Shown piece after piece: positions 1-9,488 of a stretch of DNA of 64,000 bases (positions are counted from its first letter, which is position 1; each line of letters starts with the position of its first letter). The DNA lies in NCBI GenBank assembly GCA_963666485.2, contig CAXXUO010000002.1, positions 416,001-480,000 of the forward strand, written 5' to 3'. Under the pieces are notes generated by a model, which saw only the letters and a program-made list of their open reading frames with translations, was not told the DNA's origin and did not search any database. This DNA is from Syntrophorhabdaceae bacterium (GTDB lineage: Bacteria; Desulfobacterota; Syntrophorhabdia; Syntrophorhabdales; Syntrophorhabdaceae). The position numbers and the translations under genes were made by a program.

Positions 1-2
1 CG

Positions 3-677
3 GTAAAATGGGAAAAGGCCGTCGAAGAGATCACGATACCCAGGATCAACGAGAACATCGTCCGGCAGTATGCGGCAATGGCACGGGACCTCAAGGACAA
101 TTACGGGATCACGGGGGACCTGACCGTCGACAGCGTCCTCGGGTTGAAGGACGTTTTTGTTTACGAAGAGAACCACGCGCTTGCAGAGGACGTTCTGACG
201 GGAATATGCTCGGACCTCCTCGGCGCGCTCAATGAAGAGCGGGCGCGGGAAGGTGACTATATAACCGGGGACCTTACCGGGCGCATGACAACAATAGAAG
301 GGACGGTCGGGGAAATTGAAGCCGGATGGCCCGGCGTCATCACGGCACACGAAGAAAAGCTCCGGGCCAAAATATACGAGGTCACACAATCGACCCAGGT
401 CGATGAATCCCGCATCCTGCAAGAGTTGGCCATCTATATGGAGCGGCTCGACATATCGGAAGAGATCGTGCGCCTGAAAGGGCACCTCGATAATTTCCGC
501 ACGACCCTGTTATCGGCGGACGCGATCGGACGGAAGCTCGATTTTATCATCCAGGAGATGGTCAGGGAGACCAACACGATCGGCAGCAAATCGAACGACC
601 TGTACATCAATGAGCGCGTCATCCGGATCAAGGTCGAGATAGAGAAGATGCGCGAACAGGTCCAGAACATAGAGTAA
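3..677 (+). CDS. yicC: YicC/YloC family endoribonuclease (5'-partial)
   Basis: Frame is open from the window start. C-terminal DISEEIVRL...GRKLDFIIQEMVRETNTIGSK...EKMREQVQNIE signature. Lies upstream of gmk. Confidence 0.92.
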   Translation, partial: VKWEKAVEEITIPRINENIVRQYAAMARDLKDNYGITGDLTVDSVLGLKDVFVYEENHALAEDVLTGICSDLLGALNEERAREGDYITGDLTGRMTTIEGTVGEIEAGWPGVITAHEEKLRAKIYEVTQSTQVDESRILQELAIYMERLDISEEIVRLKGHLDNFRTTLLSADAIGRKLDFIIQEMVRETNTIGSKSNDLYINERVIRIKVEIEKMREQVQNIE

Positions 678-687
678 GGGTGAAAGG

Positions 688-1287
688 TTGCCGTCAGACC
701 AGGTGAACGCTGCAAAAAAAGGGGTCCTCATCGTTGTTTCCGGCCCGTCCGGTGTGGGGAAATCAACCCTCATCGACCGTTTCCTCTCGGAAGATGCACA
801 GAGTGAATTTTCCGTATCCTACACCACGCGGAAGATAAGGCCACACGAAAAGGACGGGACCGATTATTACTTTACCGACGAGAACACCTTCAAGGAATTG
901 ATAGAGCAGGGATATTTTCTCGAATGGGAGAGCGTCCACGGACATTTCTACGGCACCCCCCGCTCCGAGATCATGGCTATCCTGGAAAAAGGCAAGGACA
1001 TCGTCCTCGACATCGACGTGAAAGGGGCCTTAAGCATCAAGGGACAGTGTCCCGCTTCCCGGCTCATTTTCATCGAGCCCCCGTCGGTGCAGGAATTGAG
1101 GCATCGCCTGTTGCTTCGAGGCGAAAAGGAAATAGATACACGGATGAAGCGCGTTGAAGAAGAAATTGCACTGAAAGGGCAATTCGGGTATACTGTTCTT
1201 AACGATGACCTCGGGCGGGCGTACTCTGCATTCCTCGGGGCGATCGAAGACATCAGGAGAAAGAAGAATGGCACGAATAACTGTTGA
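688..1287 (+). CDS. gmk: Guanylate kinase
   Basis: SGPSGVGKST P-loop, SYTTR, DYYF, YGTP motifs. Confidence 0.96.
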   Translation: MPSDQVNAAKKGVLIVVSGPSGVGKSTLIDRFLSEDAQSEFSVSYTTRKIRPHEKDGTDYYFTDENTFKELIEQGYFLEWESVHGHFYGTPRSEIMAILEKGKDIVLDIDVKGALSIKGQCPASRLIFIEPPSVQELRHRLLLRGEKEIDTRMKRVEEEIALKGQFGYTVLNDDLGRAYSAFLGAIEDIRRKKNGTNNC

Positions 1288-1513
1288 AGACTGCATGGAA
1301 ATGGTTGAGAACCGTTTTGAACTGGTACACCTGGCCGCCCGGCGTTCAAAACAGCTTATAAAAGGCGCCAAGCCCCTCACGAAATCATCCAACCGGGAGA
1401 TCGTGACGTCCCTGCGTGAGATCGCCGAAAAACAGGTTTATTTCGAGAAGAAAGAAGCTCTCGAAACAAAGGAAAAAGAAACACCGATACAGCTGTCGAC
1501 GTTTACGCCGTAA
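1268..1513 (+). CDS. rpoZ: RNA polymerase omega subunit
   Basis: MARITVEDC...NRFELVHLAARR; follows gmk. Confidence 0.96.
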   Translation: MARITVEDCMEMVENRFELVHLAARRSKQLIKGAKPLTKSSNREIVTSLREIAEKQVYFEKKEALETKEKETPIQLSTFTP

Positions 1514-1520
1514 AACCTCA

Positions 1521-1550
1521 GGCTATAGGCAATAGGCGATAGGCTATGGG
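1521..1550 (+). repeat. Degenerate heptamer array (GGCNATA)n
   Basis: ggctata ggcaata ggcgata ggctatg just after the rpoZ stop. Confidence 0.7.
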
Positions 1551-1573
1551 ATGATCCCGTAGCCTATTTTTTT
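1539..1573 (+). terminator. Intrinsic terminator after rpoZ
   Basis: ATAGGCTATGGGA-tga-TCCCGTAGCCTAT hairpin followed by a T-run. Confidence 0.8.
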
Positions 1574-1654
1574 ACTCACCACCCACCATTTATATCCCTG
1601 TCGCCCCATCACCCATCGTCTTTTTTCCATCATCCATATACTTACACGGTTTTT

Positions 1655-1713
1655 CCTATCGCCCATCGCCCATCGCCCATCGCCCATCGCCCATCGCCTA
1701 TCGCCCATCGCCC
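1655..1713 (+). repeat. Heptamer array (ATCGCCC)n, about 8 units, inverted relative to 1521-1550
   Basis: Direct reading of the sequence. Confidence 0.9.
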
Positions 1714-1719
1714 GTTTTC

Positions 1720-1733
1720 TTGACTTAAGTCAA
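1720..1733. promoter_or_regulatory. FNR/HcpR-type operator TTGAC-N4-GTCAA upstream of hcp
   Basis: Perfect palindrome TTGACTTAAGTCAA about 70 bp before the hcp ATG; CRP/FNR-family box geometry. Confidence 0.75.
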
Positions 1734-1800
1734 AGCATAAAAATTTTCATGTGCTATATTTCCTGTATGATTCGAAACCAACAACATTAAGGAGGGATAT

Positions 1801-3432
1801 ATGTTTTGTTATCAGTGTGAACAGACGGCAAAGGGAACGGGATGCACAAAGGTCGGCGTTTGCGGGAAACAGCCCGATGTGGCAGCGCTTCAGGATCTCC
1901 TCGTCTACGTGGTATCGGAGTTCTCATTCTTTGCGAGGGAAGGCCTGAAACACGGGATCAAGACCGACAGGGAAACGAATCTCCTTACTATAGAGGCACT
2001 CTTTCATACCCTGACCAACGTCGATTTCGACGTGGACCGGTTGAAGATGATGGTTGCGCTGGTCGCTGCGAAACGCGACCTCCTTATCGATGCGATCGCG
2101 GCGAAGGGTGGAAATACGAAGCTGCCGGGTGGCAAGACCCCGACAAAACCCGATACCAACGTGGAAGGGCTCGTCAAACAGGGCGAAGCGGTGGGGTTCC
2201 AGGTTGTGAAGAACGACGATCCGGATATCTCGTCCCTCATGCACACCCTCGTGTTCGGGATACGCGGCGTTGCAGCATATGCCTATCATGCCGCCCTCCT
2301 GAACAAAGAAGATGACGCGATCTATAATTTTGTATACGAGGCGCTTTCCGAGGTGATCGAGAACAGGCTCGGTCTCAATGAATGGCTCGGCCTTGTGCTG
2401 AAATGCGGTGAGATCAACCTGAAAGCCATGGAACTCCTCGATGCCGCGAACACCGGGACATACGGGCACCCCGTGCCCACGGAGGTACCTCTCGGCCAGA
2501 AAAAGGGGAAGGCCATCCTCGTCTCGGGACACGACCTGAAAGATCTCGAAGAGATCCTCAAACAGACAGAGGGCAAGGGGATCTTCGTGTACACGCACGG
2601 CGAAATGCTCCCGACCCACGCCTATCCGAACCTGAAGAAATATGCGCATTTCTATGGACACTACGGAACGGCCTGGCAAAACCAGCACAAAGAATTTGCG
2701 GCATTTCCCGGATCCATCGTTATGACCACGAACTGCATCCAGAGGCCGCTCGACTCATACAAAGAGAACATCTTCACGGTCGGCCCGGTCGCCTGGCCGG
2801 GCGTCAGGCACCTGACCGGCGGAGATTTCACGCCGGCGATAGACAGGGCGCTTGCCCTTCCCGGATTTACCGCGGATTCCGCGGCAGGCTCGGTAATGGT
2901 AGGCTTCGCCCGGAATACTATCATGAGTGTCGCGGACAAGGTCATCGACGCGGTCAAGGCGGGCAAGATCAGGCACTTCTTCCTGGTAGCCGGCTGCGAT
3001 GGGGCCAATCCCGGGAGGAATTACTACACGGAATTCGTGGAAAAGGTGCCGGAAGACTGCGTCGTCCTCACCCTTGCATGTGGCAAGTTCCGCTTCTTTG
3101 ATCAGAAACTCGGCGATATCGGCGGAATTCCGCGCCTGCTCGATGTGGGGCAGTGCAACGATGCATACTCGGCGATCCAGATAGCAGTCGCACTCGCGGG
3201 GGCATTCAAGGTCGGCGTCAACGAACTGCCGCTCTCCCTTGTCCTGTCCTGGTACGAACAGAAGGCCGTGGCGATACTCCTGACCCTCTTTTACCTCGGG
3301 ATCAAGAACATCCGGCTCGGGCCCTCGCTGCCTGCTTTCGTGACCCCGAACGTCCTCAACGTGCTCGTACAGAACTATAATATTAAACCGATCACGACGC
3401 CCGATCAGGATCTGAAAGAAATACTCGGCTGA
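1801..3432 (+). CDS. hcp: Hybrid cluster protein (hydroxylamine reductase)
   Basis: MFCYQCEQT...GCTKVGVCGK, YTHGEMLP, GQCNDAYS, SWYEQKAV. Confidence 0.97.
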   Translation: MFCYQCEQTAKGTGCTKVGVCGKQPDVAALQDLLVYVVSEFSFFAREGLKHGIKTDRETNLLTIEALFHTLTNVDFDVDRLKMMVALVAAKRDLLIDAIAAKGGNTKLPGGKTPTKPDTNVEGLVKQGEAVGFQVVKNDDPDISSLMHTLVFGIRGVAAYAYHAALLNKEDDAIYNFVYEALSEVIENRLGLNEWLGLVLKCGEINLKAMELLDAANTGTYGHPVPTEVPLGQKKGKAILVSGHDLKDLEEILKQTEGKGIFVYTHGEMLPTHAYPNLKKYAHFYGHYGTAWQNQHKEFAAFPGSIVMTTNCIQRPLDSYKENIFTVGPVAWPGVRHLTGGDFTPAIDRALALPGFTADSAAGSVMVGFARNTIMSVADKVIDAVKAGKIRHFFLVAGCDGANPGRNYYTEFVEKVPEDCVVLTLACGKFRFFDQKLGDIGGIPRLLDVGQCNDAYSAIQIAVALAGAFKVGVNELPLSLVLSWYEQKAVAILLTLFYLGIKNIRLGPSLPAFVTPNVLNVLVQNYNIKPITTPDQDLKEILG

Positions 3433-3457
3433 CGGTATACGGCGTACGGCTAACGGA
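3433..3457 (+). repeat. Degenerate heptamer array (CGGCNWA)
   Basis: cggtata cggcgta cggctaa cgg immediately after the hcp stop. Confidence 0.6.
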
Positions 3458-3515
3458 AAGACAAAAAAACTAATAGGGGCTGGTGAAAAGCCAGCCCCTT
3501 GAGCAGAGGTAGGAC

Positions 3516-4274
3516 ATGGCGACGAGGAAGATAGTTTGTATTGATGAGGAGAAATGCAACGGGTGCGGGCAATGCGTTAGTGCATGCGCGGAAGGTGCGA
3601 TCGAATTGAAGGGAGAAAAGGCCCGGCTTGTCGCGGAAAAATATTGCGACGGGCTTGCGGCATGCCTGGGCACGTGCCCGCAGGATGCCATTTCAATAAT
3701 CGAAAGGGAGGCGGATGATTTTGATCCTGAAGCCGTCGAAAAATACCTGTCAGCAAAGAAATCTGACCAGGAATGTGCGGATGCGGTCCGCCCGGCGGAT
3801 CAAGAACAGGTAATTCCCTGCGGATGCCCGTCTGCAGATGTCCGGATTTTCAGCAAGCCATCTCCCGGGCCGGGTATAAGTGAATCCCCCGGGCCCCGGG
3901 CGGGATCAGAGCTCACTCACTGGCCGATACAGATCAAACTTATTCCCCCGACAGCGCCTTTTCTCAAAAACGCCGACCTTCTCGTGGCATCCGATTGCGT
4001 ACCCGCGGCGTATCCTGCGTTTCATCAGGACCTTCTGAAAGGCAAAGTCCTGATGGTCGGATGCCCGAAATTTGACGACACCCATGAATATATCGACAGG
4101 TTTACACAGATCTTCGCAACAGCTGACATAAATTCTATCACGGTAGCTATCATGGAAGTTCCCTGCTGCTCGAAGATGCCGTCCATTATCAGGGAAGCAC
4201 TGCAAAGGTCCGGCAAGCTGATCCCTGTCCAAACCGTCATCATCACGAGGACAGGCAATATCAAAACTGAATAA
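3516..4274 (+). CDS. 2x[4Fe-4S] ferredoxin-domain protein of the type often found beside hcp
   Basis: CNGCGQCVSAC and CDGLAACLGTCP; C-terminal LTHWPIQIKL, GCPKFD, MEVPCC. Confidence 0.88.
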   Translation: MATRKIVCIDEEKCNGCGQCVSACAEGAIELKGEKARLVAEKYCDGLAACLGTCPQDAISIIEREADDFDPEAVEKYLSAKKSDQECADAVRPADQEQVIPCGCPSADVRIFSKPSPGPGISESPGPRAGSELTHWPIQIKLIPPTAPFLKNADLLVASDCVPAAYPAFHQDLLKGKVLMVGCPKFDDTHEYIDRFTQIFATADINSITVAIMEVPCCSKMPSIIREALQRSGKLIPVQTVIITRTGNIKTE

Positions 4275-4296
4275 TTACTCAAAACCAGTCGTTGTT

Positions 4297-4405
4297 GCCT
4301 TTAGCCTTGCCTTTTGCCTTTTGCCTTTTGCCTTTTGCCTTTTGCCTTTAGCCTTTAGCCGTACGCCTTTAGCCGTACGCCGTCAGCCGTACGCCGTCAG
4401 CCGTT
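4297..4405 (+). repeat. Heptamer array (GCCTTTT)n grading into (GCCGTAC/GCCGTCA)n
   Basis: About 15 drifting 7-bp units; the right part is the reverse complement of 3433-3457. Confidence 0.9.
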
Positions 4406-4472
4406 CTTTATTGATTTCCTCTCGTCATTTAACCGATACTAAATACCATACATATTTTCATAAGGAGGACGT

Positions 4473-4823
4473 ATGAAGATCACCGATCTCACCAAGGTCG
4501 ATAAGGTCCTGATGACGATGGAAGGGGCTTCAGGTGCGTGGAAACAGATCCCGCTCGCGAAAGCCGACGGCGTACCGCATTATTCACTGCGGGTCTTTAC
4601 CATAGAACCGGGGGGGCACACGCCGTACCACAGCCATCCGTTCGAACATATGAATTATATTATCGAAGGCCGGGGGGCCCTTGTCGACGCGGACGGCACC
4701 GAGCGGCCGGTCAAGAAAGGCGATTTTGCCCTGGTCATGCCCGACGAGGTCCATCAGTACAAGAACAGTGCCGCCGATGCGCCGCTTGTCATGATCTGCC
4801 TTGTTCCAAAGGATTATGAATAA
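4473..4823 (+). CDS. Cupin domain protein
   Basis: PGGHTPYHSHPFEH...G...PDEVHQY cupin motifs; AGGAGG RBS. Confidence 0.9.
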   Translation: MKITDLTKVDKVLMTMEGASGAWKQIPLAKADGVPHYSLRVFTIEPGGHTPYHSHPFEHMNYIIEGRGALVDADGTERPVKKGDFALVMPDEVHQYKNSAADAPLVMICLVPKDYE

Positions 4824-4834
4824 GGTTGCCGCCG

Positions 4835-5209
4835 TCAGGCCGTTACCGAATCGATCATATCGGTGAGTTTCTTGACGTCGAAGGGTTTGGCGATAAAGGG
4901 ATGGCCGCCGATATATCCTCCCTGCCGGTCTACCTCGTCCTGACTGATAAGGCCCGTGAGAAAGATGATCGGAATGGAACGTGTTGATTCGTCCTCGCTC
5001 AAGTTCTCGGCAACCCTCCCTCCATCCATCCCGGGCATTTTTATATCGAGAAGGATCACGTCCGGCCTTATTTTCTTCGCCAGCTGTATCCCTGCTGCCC
5101 CGGTCTGGGCCGTGGTCACCTGGTATCTCATGGTCTGGTGGAGCATGGCTTTCGTGACGTCGCAGAGGATCTTGTCGTCATCTATGAGCAGGACTATCTT
5201 TTTCATCAA
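4835..5209 (-). CDS. Stand-alone response regulator receiver protein
   Basis: LLIDDD, ILLDIKMPGMDG, FLTG, KPF. Confidence 0.92.
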   Translation of the reverse strand: MMKKIVLLIDDDKILCDVTKAMLHQTMRYQVTTAQTGAAGIQLAKKIRPDVILLDIKMPGMDGGRVAENLSEDESTRSIPIIFLTGLISQDEVDRQGGYIGGHPFIAKPFDVKKLTDMIDSVTA

Positions 5210-5285
5210 TTTTTTCTATTGTATCCATCTTCCGCTTGACCGTCAACCATTCTCGACATTAAAATCACGGAAATAAGGAGGCCCC

Positions 5286-5816
5286 ATGAAAAGATCGATC
5301 ATGTGTTTTATCCTTGCCTGCCTTGCGCTCGCACCCGTTCACCTGGCGGCGGCTGATGTTCAGCTCAACAACACGGTCGTAAAGGTTTATTTCAGCCCCG
5401 ACGGGGGCGCGCTGAAGGCGATAACCAGGCAGATCGATCAGGCTGTCCGGGAGATACTCGTACTCAGCTACGTCATGACGTCAAAACCGGTCGAATCCGC
5501 GCTCATCAATGCCCACAGGCGCGGTGTGCAGGTCGAGGTGATATTTGACAGGGACGAACAGAAAGAACGGAAATATGTGACGGCAAAGATGTTCAAGACC
5601 CGGGGGATCGCCGTGTGGCTCGATGACAGGCACGCCTGTTCCCATAACAAGGTGATGATCATCGACCGGGGCACCGTGATCGCCGGCTCGTACAATTTTA
5701 CATCCGCCGCCGAAAAACGGAACGCCGAGAACCTCCTGATAATACCGTCAGCCGACCTTGCGGGCCTGTACACGGACAACTTCCTGGCCCACAGGCAGCA
5801 TTCCCGGAAATATTGA
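5286..5816 (+). CDS. Secreted phospholipase D-family nuclease (Nuc-like)
   Basis: Signal peptide; HNKVMIID...GSYNFT...NAEN (HKD motif). Confidence 0.9.
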   Translation: MKRSIMCFILACLALAPVHLAAADVQLNNTVVKVYFSPDGGALKAITRQIDQAVREILVLSYVMTSKPVESALINAHRRGVQVEVIFDRDEQKERKYVTAKMFKTRGIAVWLDDRHACSHNKVMIIDRGTVIAGSYNFTSAAEKRNAENLLIIPSADLAGLYTDNFLAHRQHSRKY

Positions 5817-5820
5817 CGCG

Positions 5821-6168
5821 TCAGTCTTCCCGGGGCCCCACGACAAGGTTCAGAAGGTAATGCACGATCGATAACACGATGCTGTAGATCAGCGCCCACC
5901 AGAAGCCGGCCACCTGGAAGCCCTTGATAAAATAGGAAGCCAGGAGAATGAGCACCGCATTTATAACGAATGTGAACAATCCAAGGGTCAGGATATTTAT
6001 GGGCAGCGTTATCAGTATCAGGATGGGCTTCAGCAGCACATTGACGATCCCGAGGAACAGCGCGACCCAGATGGCCGTAAAAAAACTCGCAACCCTTACC
6101 CCGGGTATTAAATAGGCCGCGATAAGCACTGCCGCGGCCATAACGATCCATTTAAGGAGTATTCTCAT
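5821..6168 (-). CDS. YvlD-like 4-TM membrane protein (phage-holin family annotation)
   Basis: LKPILILITLPINILTLGLFTFVINA motif; ATG at 6168. Confidence 0.85.
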   Translation of the reverse strand: MRILLKWIVMAAAVLIAAYLIPGVRVASFFTAIWVALFLGIVNVLLKPILILITLPINILTLGLFTFVINAVLILLASYFIKGFQVAGFWWALIYSIVLSIVHYLLNLVVGPRED

Positions 6169-6187
6169 TGATGCGGCGCACTCCCTG

Positions 6188-6457
6188 TTATTCCCGGTAA
6201 AACCTGTCATCAGGAAGCATCTTGAGTGAGATGACCTCCGCCTCGCCGATTATCCTCTCGAGTGCAATGCTGAGCTCGGCCATTTTCACCGAGATCATAT
6301 CGAGCACTGTCGACATTTTTTCGATATTCTCTTTCGTGACTGACTGGGTTTGCGCTATCAGGGCCTCATTCCTCCTGCAATCCTCGATAAGGTCTTTGTG
6401 CAGCTCCCATTCTTCCTGCGTCAGCTCTTTTGATGCCAACAATTCATCTACTGTCAT
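6188..6457 (-). CDS. Hypothetical coiled-coil protein
   Basis: GGAGG RBS upstream; helical 89 aa ORF. Confidence 0.7.
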   Translation of the reverse strand: MTVDELLASKELTQEEWELHKDLIEDCRRNEALIAQTQSVTKENIEKMSTVLDMISVKMAELSIALERIIGEAEVISLKMLPDDRFYRE

Positions 6458-6640
6458 GGTGTGACCTCCCCGTACCTACCCCTGTCATATTTTATATATT
6501 TGCGGCCGAAAACGCAATGTCGAATAGTAATAAAATGTAAAACAAATCTTGGTTTTCATGATCCTGCCGACTATTCCTCCATTGTAAAGCTCCGGAGATT
6601 GACATATGACAAAGTATGAAGCATATTTAAGTCGAGGTCT

Positions 6641-7411
6641 GTGGTGCCGAAAAAGAATATTCCCGAACCGGATATAGGAAAGCGGTTTCAGAACGGGACA
6701 AAATATACCCCTGAGTCACTCGCCGGACACACCCATAATTTCGCGTCTATCCCCCCGACCTTCAAGGAATATTCGGATCCCCTCATGCGGGTGTCCCTGC
6801 CCGAGCCAAAGGCGAAAGGCGAAACAAACATCTGGAAGCTTTTCCTGAAAAGAAGGTCACGAAGGGAATATGCAGCGGGAAAGCCCCTTGCGCTCAATGA
6901 CCTCGCTGCACTCCTGTGGGCCGCCCAGGGGCTTACAGCACAATTTGGTGATACGTTCTTCAGGACCGCGCCTTCCGCGGGCGCCCTGTACCCCGTCGAG
7001 ACCTATCTCTACGCCCATGCCGTGGAGGGACTCGAAGAAGGCCTTTACCATTTCCGGCCGGGTGATTACGACCTTGAATTCTTAAAAAGAGGAAACTTCT
7101 CGGTGAGGCTCGCGGAAGCGGCGCTCGGACAGTCCATGTTTTTGAATGCCCAGGTGACGTTCATCTGGTCGTCGATCATTGCCCGGGGCCAATGGAAATA
7201 CCATCAGCGTGCCTATCGCTACACCTACATAGATGCAGGTCATATCGCGCAGAACCTCTACCTTGCCGGGGAAGGCCTCGGGCTCGGCGTATGTGCGGTC
7301 GGCGCCTTCTATGATGATGATATCAATGCGATTATGGGATTTGACGGCGAAAACGAAACCGTGATCTATATGGCAACCGTCGGTTTTCGATCGCCCGACG
7401 AATCGATATGA
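6641..7411 (+). CDS. SagB/ThcOx family nitroreductase-like dehydrogenase
   Basis: RRSRREY, RTAPSAGALYPVE, DAGHIAQNLYL, GAFYDD. Confidence 0.9.
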   Translation: MVPKKNIPEPDIGKRFQNGTKYTPESLAGHTHNFASIPPTFKEYSDPLMRVSLPEPKAKGETNIWKLFLKRRSRREYAAGKPLALNDLAALLWAAQGLTAQFGDTFFRTAPSAGALYPVETYLYAHAVEGLEEGLYHFRPGDYDLEFLKRGNFSVRLAEAALGQSMFLNAQVTFIWSSIIARGQWKYHQRAYRYTYIDAGHIAQNLYLAGEGLGLGVCAVGAFYDDDINAIMGFDGENETVIYMATVGFRSPDESI

Positions 7412-8481
7412 ACAAAGGAGCTATTATGTACGAACAGGGAGTGATAAGGCCGCCCAGCGAAGCTCAGAGCCTTTTGATACGTGTAACGAGGAACTGCCCG
7501 TGGAACCAGTGTATCTTCTGCCCCGCCTACAAGGGCGTCAAATTCTCGCGGCGCACTGTCGAGGAGGTCAAGAAAGACATCGACAGCATGGAAAAGGAAT
7601 ATGCCGCTTACAAAGGAATGATCCGGTCAGCCTTTCTCCAGGATGCGGACAGCCTCGTCCTCAAGACGGCTGACATACTCGATATTATCAATTACACGAA
7701 ACAGAAATTTCCGGGGCTCGAAAGGATAACGACGTATGCCCGCGCTACAACGCTCAAGCGCAAAAGCGTCGAGGAACTGCGCCAGCTGCGTGACGCCGGC
7801 CTCACCCGGATACACGTAGGCATGGAAAGCGGTTCGGCAAACGTCCTCAAAATGATACGGAAGGGCATTACGCCCGAAGATATCGTCGAGGGCGGCAAGA
7901 AGGTCGTCGAAGCAGGGATGTCGCTGTCGGAATATATCATGCCGGGGGTCGGCGGGAAGAGTTTAAGCTCCGAAAATGCCGTCGAGACCGCACGGCTGCT
8001 CAACCAGATCAAGCCGGATTTCATACGCGTCAGGACCTTTGCGATGCACCCGCAGTCACCCATGAGAAAACTGGTCGAGAACGGGACGTTCGTACCGATC
8101 AACGATATCGAGATAGTTGCGGAGATACGGCTTCTCGTCGCAACCCTCGATGAGATGCACACGTATTTCTCCTGCGGGGATTTCAGCCTCAATCTCCTTA
8201 TGCAGGTAGACGGGTATCTTGATGAAAAGAAGGCGTACATGCTCTCGGAACTGGACAAGTTCCTGGCCCTGACACCCGCCCAGCAGAAGATCTACACCCT
8301 GCTGAGGCGCTCATCGTACATGCAGTACCCCATCGAGGCCGTCCAGAATGAAGAGGTTATGAAAAAGATACTTCCGGAGATCGAGAAGCTGGAAAAAGAC
8401 GACCCGAACGGGTTCCATAATTATATAGAGATGCTGAAGTCGTACCAGCTTCCGCAGCCGCAGACGGATGACTGGCAATAA
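7408..8481 (+). CDS. Radical SAM protein
   Basis: IRPPSEA...CPWNQCIFC (CX3CX2C), GMESGS. Start may be at 7426. Confidence 0.92.
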   Translation: MNKGAIMYEQGVIRPPSEAQSLLIRVTRNCPWNQCIFCPAYKGVKFSRRTVEEVKKDIDSMEKEYAAYKGMIRSAFLQDADSLVLKTADILDIINYTKQKFPGLERITTYARATTLKRKSVEELRQLRDAGLTRIHVGMESGSANVLKMIRKGITPEDIVEGGKKVVEAGMSLSEYIMPGVGGKSLSSENAVETARLLNQIKPDFIRVRTFAMHPQSPMRKLVENGTFVPINDIEIVAEIRLLVATLDEMHTYFSCGDFSLNLLMQVDGYLDEKKAYMLSELDKFLALTPAQQKIYTLLRRSSYMQYPIEAVQNEEVMKKILPEIEKLEKDDPNGFHNYIEMLKSYQLPQPQTDDWQ

Positions 8482-8489
8482 GAAAAAAA

Positions 8490-8521
8490 CTTGGATCCCG
8501 GTGTCAAGCACCGGGATGACG
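8490..8521. repeat. REP-like palindromic element, copy 1
   Basis: CTTGGATCCCGGTGTCAAGCACCGGGATGACG; exact reverse complement at 29497-29528. Confidence 0.85.
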
Positions 8522-8535
8522 ACCAAGGGAGAGAA

Positions 8536-8569
8536 GCCGTTAGCCGTTAGCCGTTAGCCGTTAGCCGTT
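8536..8569 (+). repeat. Heptamer array (GCCGTTA)n overlapping the 3' end of ORF 8547-9488
   Basis: gccgtta x4-5. Confidence 0.9.
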
Positions 8570-9488
8570 TCACCAACTCCGACGGCATCAGCACTTCCAG
8601 CCGTATAGGGCCTTCACCGAGGATGTTCTCGAGCTTCACTTTTTTCTCGGCAAATTTTTCCGCGAGCTCCCCGTCTATCGTGAGATGGTAATCGACATTG
8701 CCGAGAAGGGCGTGGGCAATGTGCGAGATATGCCTGTCGAGCTTCTCCTGGCAGTATTTCTTCCGCACGATATCGAGAATGAAACCGATGTGGCTGTCCT
8801 GCAAGGGAAGCCGGGGGCAGCTCTTCTTCCCGATATTGACGACTCTGTTGAGTAGGCCGAGCAGCCTCTTGCACGCTTCTGCCTGGGGGCCCATGAGGTC
8901 GGGATGATAGTCATATTTGGGTAAAATGTTCTTCAGGACCGACCAGTTGAGATCGTATTGAATGTGCTTCATGTCGCCCCATACCTTGATGTCATAGACC
9001 GTATGGAGGGCCGCGGCGCAATCCCGGAGGATCGCAGTGTCCTGCTCAAACCCCTCGTAGGCCGGTGCCCCGGGACCGTTCCTCATGACGGAGGACACGT
9101 GCTCGTAGAGCCGGGGATGGGCATGCTCGCCCACCATATCGTCATGGCCGCTTATGATATCAAGCCGGTCATAGAGGTCTACGATGGCCCGCCAGTGGGC
9201 CGTGTCGGCATTGTCGCTCTCAGGCCACGTTTCGAATGTGTCGATATTGTCCGTGATCTGAAAGGTGTCCGTAACGCAAAGCCCGCCGCGGTTCATATGA
9301 ATGACAAAATCGAGTTCCATCTCATCGACCGACGTGACGAGGCTCAGTTTTTCTTTCTCGAAAAGGTGCCATAAAGAAGCGACCGCCTTTTTTTCCCTGG
9401 CGAGGCCCTTATCACCCACATTTTTGCTCGCGGCGAGATCAAGGATGTAGTAATCGACATAGGCATTGGGATGCCGTGTTCCTGCCAT
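8547..9488 (-). CDS. Hypothetical protein with PIN-like N- and C-terminal motifs
   Basis: 313 aa ORF; AYVDYYI...HIAHALLGNVDYHLTIDGEL...VLMPSEL. Confidence 0.7.
   Translation of the reverse strand: MAGTRHPNAYVDYYILDLAASKNVGDKGLAREKKAVASLWHLFEKEKLSLVTSVDEMELDFVIHMNRGGLCVTDTFQITDNIDTFETWPESDNADTAHWRAIVDLYDRLDIISGHDDMVGEHAHPRLYEHVSSVMRNGPGAPAYEGFEQDTAILRDCAAALHTVYDIKVWGDMKHIQYDLNWSVLKNILPKYDYHPDLMGPQAEACKRLLGLLNRVVNIGKKSCPRLPLQDSHIGFILDIVRKKYCQEKLDRHISHIAHALLGNVDYHLTIDGELAEKFAEKKVKLENILGEGPIRLEVLMPSELVKRLTANG

Noticed and set aside
5286..6168. Holin-family gene and PLD nuclease as a prophage remnant
   Set aside because: YvlD-type proteins are common chromosomal genes; no integrase, structural or lysin genes are present.
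6641..8481. SagB dehydrogenase plus radical SAM as a RiPP cluster
   Set aside because: No YcaO, RRE, transporter or Cys/Ser/Thr-rich precursor nearby; both families commonly occur as stand-alone genes in anaerobes.
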